From: Chitinophaga pinensis
GTDB lineage: Bacteria; Bacteroidota; Bacteroidia; NS11-12g; UBA9320
Assembly: GCA_945897885.1 (NCBI GenBank)
Contig: CAMDGU010000005.1
Location: 9,105-73,104 of the forward strand
Direction: 5' to 3'
Length of the DNA stretch: 64,000 nucleotides
In this document: positions 59,774 to 64,000 of the stretch, piece after piece
How positions within the stretch are numbered: position 1 is the stretch's first letter
Layout: every line of letters begins with the position of its first letter
Program-made: the position numbers and the translations under genes
The notes under the pieces: generated by a model
The model's input: only the letters and a program-made list of their open reading frames with translations
Databases searched by the model: none
What the model was told of the DNA's origin: nothing

Positions 59774-61246
59774 ATGCGATTACTTCTGATAATTTTTTTT
59801 ACCAGCTTTGGTTATTTTAAAGCGTTTGCCCAAACCAACTATTGGATTTTTTTTAAGAGCCCCGCTCCTGTTCAATCCGTAAATCCCTCCTATCTTAAAA
59901 AAATAGCTTCTAAAAATGTTAAAGTTATTGGAACCTCCAAATGGTTTAATGCAGCTTATGTTTCAGTAAATAATTCAAAAAGTTTAAGGAAAATTGAAAA
60001 CCATTCTTTTGTAAAAAGCATTGAACAAAGCAGAAAGTATAAGGTTCAAAAATTGGACATTCAATTATTTGATTCTTTAAAATACGGTCAGGCTGATGTA
60101 CAATTAAATATGCTTGGATTGCAGAATTACCATCGGAAAGGATTTACAGGCAAAGGCGTTAAAATTGCCCTGTTTGACGGTGGGTTTTATAAAGTTGATA
60201 GTATTATAGCTTTCGACAGTTTGAGAAAACGAAACGGAATACTTGCCACTAAAGATTTTTATGATAACAATACCAATGTATTTAACGATGATGCCCATGG
60301 AATGTATGTACTTTCTCTTATTTCAGGCTATTTAAAAGACTCTATGTTTGGCTCTGCTCCTGATGCCAATTTTGTTTTGGCTAGAACCGAGTTTGTAGCC
60401 ACCGAAAAGCATATTGAAGAATTTAACTGGATTAGAGCATTAGAATGGGCCGATTCCATTGGGGTGGATATTATTCATTCATCCTTAGGCTATTCGCAAT
60501 TTGATACTTTAGAAGGGAATTATACCTACAAGGACATGGATGGGCAAAGTACCATTATTACACGTGCTGCTGAAATGGCCTATAGCCGCGGCATTTTTAT
60601 TAGCAACAGTGCCGGTAATGAAGGACAAAAACCGTGGCGATATATTACAGCTCCGTGTGATGGTAAAAATGTGCTGTGCATTGGGGCCGTTGATTCATTT
60701 AGGCAACATGCCAAATTTTCAAGTTTTGGGCCAAGTTCAGACGGACGAGTGAAACCCGATGTGATGGCTATGGGGAAAAATGTAACTATCATTGGAACCA
60801 ATAATATTATGCGTCGTGGAAGCGGCACCTCATTTTCGGGACCAATTATGGCCGGGTTTGTGGCCTGCTTAAAACAAGCATTTCCAAATGTGAGTAATCC
60901 TATTCTGCTTGATGCCATCCGAAAAAGCGGGCATTTGTATAAAACACCGAATGATAGTCTTGGATACGGAATTCCTAATATTAACAGAGTCGATTCCTTG
61001 GTTCGTTTAAAACTTTTAAGTGCCTCCTTTTCAAAACAAAAATTTAAAGTTTTCCCAAATCCATGTTCTTCCGTATTAAGTTTTGAAACAACTTTGTCTT
61101 TAAAGAATATTGAAATAACGGATGTTTTGGGTAAAGCATATTATCCTGTCCTAAATAATAATTCCATTGATATGAGCGGTTTTAAGCCAGGTATTTATTT
61201 TATAAAGCTTGAAAATTTTGAGGTTGTGAGGGTTGTCAAGATTTAA
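59774..61246 (+). CDS. S8 subtilisin-like serine peptidase with T9SS type-A C-terminal sorting domain
   Basis: Catalytic triad: Asp (ALFDGG), His (DDAHGMYV), Ser (GTSFSGP); C-terminus KVFPNPCSSVLSFE...GIYFIKL matches the Por_Secre_tail. Confidence 0.85.
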   Translation: MRLLLIIFFTSFGYFKAFAQTNYWIFFKSPAPVQSVNPSYLKKIASKNVKVIGTSKWFNAAYVSVNNSKSLRKIENHSFVKSIEQSRKYKVQKLDIQLFDSLKYGQADVQLNMLGLQNYHRKGFTGKGVKIALFDGGFYKVDSIIAFDSLRKRNGILATKDFYDNNTNVFNDDAHGMYVLSLISGYLKDSMFGSAPDANFVLARTEFVATEKHIEEFNWIRALEWADSIGVDIIHSSLGYSQFDTLEGNYTYKDMDGQSTIITRAAEMAYSRGIFISNSAGNEGQKPWRYITAPCDGKNVLCIGAVDSFRQHAKFSSFGPSSDGRVKPDVMAMGKNVTIIGTNNIMRRGSGTSFSGPIMAGFVACLKQAFPNVSNPILLDAIRKSGHLYKTPNDSLGYGIPNINRVDSLVRLKLLSASFSKQKFKVFPNPCSSVLSFETTLSLKNIEITDVLGKAYYPVLNNNSIDMSGFKPGIYFIKLENFEVVRVVKI

Positions 61247-61328
61247 TTAATATTAATTGTCTAGCTTTGCAAAAATTAAAAATAAGTTCTAAAAGAGCAA
61301 TTTGTTAATTGTTCAATCCTTTAAAAAA

Positions 61329-61784
61329 TTAATGAGAAGAATCCTAATAAGCCAAAAAACATTTGGCATCACCAAAGAAACGAGTCTTGCCGACCTAAAA
61401 AAAATCTACCGGAACCTTATTAAAGAATGGCATCCTGATAAAGTGCAACACGATGCAGCATTATTGGCCGAGTCTGAAATAAAAAGTAAAGAAATAATAG
61501 ATGCCTATCAATTTTTGGTAAGTATATCGCCTGAAACCCATGCTGCCAATAGCGAAGAATATATGGAATTGACTACAGAAGCAGCCATTGAAAACTGGGA
61601 ATACAAAGGAATTACTTTAAAATTTTTCTTTCAAAATGGTAGTGTCTATGAATACCTTGGAGTTCCAAAAAATGTGTATATGAAAATGATAAACTCAGGT
61701 AACACAGGCCGTTTTGCAAGGCGCCATATCTTCCATTCCTACCCATATCGTAAAGCAGCCAAGGAAAAAGAACAAGCAGTATAA
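61329..61784 (+). CDS. J-domain protein with C-terminal KTSC domain
   Basis: HPD motif in LIKEWHPDK; C-terminal YEYLGVPKNVY...GRFARRHI resembles KTSC. Confidence 0.6.
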   Translation, partial: LMRRILISQKTFGITKETSLADLKKIYRNLIKEWHPDKVQHDAALLAESEIKSKEIIDAYQFLVSISPETHAANSEEYMELTTEAAIENWEYKGITLKFFFQNGSVYEYLGVPKNVYMKMINSGNTGRFARRHIFHSYPYRKAAKEKEQAV

Positions 61785-61798
61785 GGGTCAGTAACTAT

Positions 61799-64000
61799 AT
61801 GAAATTGAGTATTAAACTTTTCGTTTGTTTTAGTTTACTCACATTTAACTCTTTTGCTCAGGTTAATAGTCTTCAAAAATTAATATCGAATTCTGCATGG
61901 GATTCCCTATTTCCGAAGCGTGCAGGCACTTATGGAACTCATCCTCAGGGTTACACTTCCGATTTTTATTCCTATAAAAATCTCAATCAGGCTGCCAATG
62001 AAATGGCCGATTACTTTGTACTAATTAGAACAAAAAAAGGCGTTTGGGGCCAACTAATTACCATCACCAGAAAATCCAATTTAAAGACGTATGTTTATTC
62101 AGATGTAGATTCCTGGTGGTATTCTAATACCACACCTGAAACCATTGTGGTTGTTGATTTCGAAGATTTTCTCAATGAAAACTCACAAACAAACAATAAG
62201 CGAGAACTAGCTGCTTTTTTGGCTAATATTTCTAAAGAAACAACAGGAGGATGGGAATTTCCGGTAGGTGGAGGTTCAGCAGGGGACTATGCCAAGTGGG
62301 GACTTTACTTTGTTCATGAAGTTGGATATACCCGAACCAATGGAAAAGGTACCTACTCCCAAACACATGCCGAATATCCTCCGGATTCAAGCGTTGGGTA
62401 TTACGGAAGAGGTCCTATTCAATTATCATGGAACTATAACTACGGTCAATTCAGTAAATTTATTTATTACGATAAAAATGTCTTGTTAAAATATCCAGAC
62501 TCCTTACAAGAAAACGGGGTTTTAGCATTTAAAAGTGCTATTTGGTTTTGGATGATGCCCCAATGTCCAAAACCTTCTTGTCATCAGGTGATGCACGATC
62601 AATGGTTACACGACAGTGCTTATTCGTCCTCTAAAATGTATTATAAAGGTTTTGCACATACCAATAATATCATTAACGGAGGGCTAGAATGCCGATCATA
62701 TTCCTCCTCTGCCTTCACCCAAAAAGTGGTTTTACGTTCAAAACTTTACAAGTATTATCTTGGAATAATGGGCTTTAACTCAAGTGGAATTTCTAAAGAA
62801 GATTCTCTTGGATACTCTACTTTATGCTATTCTTCATCTTCAAATGCCATGCAAGATTATGTGAATTGTAAAGTCGACAAATCATATCTTGGTTCTTTTG
62901 GAATTGACACTAAAAAAGCTTGTGGATCTTTAAAATGGATTGATGGTAAAACCTATACTAGAAGTACAAAAACAGTAAAGTTTAATATTGTTAAAGGGGA
63001 TAAAAACGGAAATGACAGTTTAGTAATTCTAAACCTTACAATTAATCCAACCGCAAAAGGCATTGATAATCGTACCGAATGTCATTCGTATACCTGGATT
63101 GATGGGAAAACTTACACAGCAAGCAATGACACTTCTAAATACCAAATAAAAGGTGGTGCGGCAAACGGATGTGATAGTATCGTTTATCTCAAATTAACCA
63201 TTCTTCCAATTGCTTTAGGTATTGATAAACAAACTTCCTGTCAATCTATTACTTGGATAGATGGAAAGACTTACACAGCTAGTAATGATACTGCTACTTA
63301 TAGCATTGCCGGTGGTGCTTCCAATGGTTGTGATAGTATAGTTAAGCTAAAATTAACCATTCTTCCAGTTGCTTATGGAATTGATTCACATGTAACCTGT
63401 AATTCTTTTACCTGGATTGATGGAAAGACCTACACAACCAGCAACGATTCGGCTACATTTCGCATTTCTAATGGTGCTTCAAGCGGTTGTGATAGTATTA
63501 TAATGCTTAATTTAAAAATTCTACCACTCTCTTTTGGTATCGATAATCAAAAAGCTTGTAATTCGTTTACCTGGATAGATGGAAAGAACTACACAAAGAA
63601 TAATGATTCGGCTACTTACCTTATTTTGGGTGGAGCTGCCAGTGGTTGTGATAGTTTGGTTACCTTAAAATTAACTATCAATACTCTAAATGTTTCAGTA
63701 ATTAAAGATAGTTTAGTGCTTACCGCTTCGTCCGTGGGTGACTCTTACCAATGGGTTGATTGTAAAAACGGCTACTCTCCCATTGATGGAGAAACTAACC
63801 AATCATTTATCGTAAAATTAAACGGAAGTTATGCTGTAATTGTTACTAAAAATGGTTGTGTTGATACCTCTGATTGTTATACCATAGCTAATTTGGGTAT
63901 TCACCAACTTAATCTATCAACCTATTTAGTGGCTTATCCAAATCCTAGTCATGACAATTTTTTAATAAACTTTTCAGGACAATCTAAAGAACTCTATTTC
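61799..64000 (+). CDS. GH19 chitinase with C-terminal tandem repeat domains and T9SS sorting domain (3' partial, runs off the window)
   Basis: Signal peptide; GH19 motifs ANISKETTGG and GRGPIQLSWNYNYG; five 53-aa repeats (C.S.TWIDGKTYT.SND.ATY.I.GGA.GCDS); the final ~25 aa (LVAYPNPSHDNFLINF) match the T9SS type-A tail; not in the ORF track because no stop falls in the window. Confidence 0.75.
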   Translation, partial: MKLSIKLFVCFSLLTFNSFAQVNSLQKLISNSAWDSLFPKRAGTYGTHPQGYTSDFYSYKNLNQAANEMADYFVLIRTKKGVWGQLITITRKSNLKTYVYSDVDSWWYSNTTPETIVVVDFEDFLNENSQTNNKRELAAFLANISKETTGGWEFPVGGGSAGDYAKWGLYFVHEVGYTRTNGKGTYSQTHAEYPPDSSVGYYGRGPIQLSWNYNYGQFSKFIYYDKNVLLKYPDSLQENGVLAFKSAIWFWMMPQCPKPSCHQVMHDQWLHDSAYSSSKMYYKGFAHTNNIINGGLECRSYSSSAFTQKVVLRSKLYKYYLGIMGFNSSGISKEDSLGYSTLCYSSSSNAMQDYVNCKVDKSYLGSFGIDTKKACGSLKWIDGKTYTRSTKTVKFNIVKGDKNGNDSLVILNLTINPTAKGIDNRTECHSYTWIDGKTYTASNDTSKYQIKGGAANGCDSIVYLKLTILPIALGIDKQTSCQSITWIDGKTYTASNDTATYSIAGGASNGCDSIVKLKLTILPVAYGIDSHVTCNSFTWIDGKTYTTSNDSATFRISNGASSGCDSIIMLNLKILPLSFGIDNQKACNSFTWIDGKNYTKNNDSATYLILGGAASGCDSLVTLKLTINTLNVSVIKDSLVLTASSVGDSYQWVDCKNGYSPIDGETNQSFIVKLNGSYAVIVTKNGCVDTSDCYTIANLGIHQLNLSTYLVAYPNPSHDNFLINFSGQSKELYF
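62900..63730 (+). repeat. five tandem 159-bp coding repeats inside the chitinase gene
   Basis: The tgg of TWIDGK recurs at 62936, 63095, 63254, 63413 and 63572, an exact 159-bp period. Confidence 0.8.

Noticed and set aside
62268-62489. 73-aa ORF from the track
   Set aside because: It lies in a different frame inside the long GH19 chitinase ORF, which runs uninterrupted from 61799 to the window end.

Overview
This 64-kb window looks like a chromosomal segment from a low-GC Bacteroidetes genome (Flavobacteriia- or Sphingobacteriia-like). The assignment rests on T9SS C-terminal sorting domains, a LemA-TPM-TPM module, a crtI/crtY-domain/crtZ/crtB carotenoid cluster and Bacteroidetes-style gene content. 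Most of the window is housekeeping genes: murF, lolD-like, a Cys/Met PLP enzyme, kdsB, hisS, rluA, gcvP, fabD, pckA, rplS, pyrG, mutS, one tRNA-Met and a three-gene GDP-heptose-like sugar-nucleotide operon. I found no CRISPR array, integrase, transposase or phage genes.

I did not find one unambiguous new system. The candidates I would follow up are:
- a ~65-75-bp palindromic repeat family with five copies, three of them clustered around a frameshifted lipoprotein gene;
- a second short dispersed motif, GAATTAGGAATT...;
- a tightly overlapping DinB-like / NRDE / ATP-grasp operon next to a secreted VWA protein;
- a three-gene Cys/His-motif membrane, outer-membrane barrel and lipoprotein module that may handle metals;
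- an orphan 687-aa secreted protein with a possible caspase-like His/Cys dyad;
- an M1-type peptidase fused to a beta-barrel-like C-terminal half;
- a GH19 chitinase with five 159-bp tandem repeats and a T9SS sorting domain.

All calls come from reading the translations and motifs. No database searches were run. The ORF track uses TTG and GTG starts, and several track starts overshoot the likely true start, so I adjusted those where a better start was visible.
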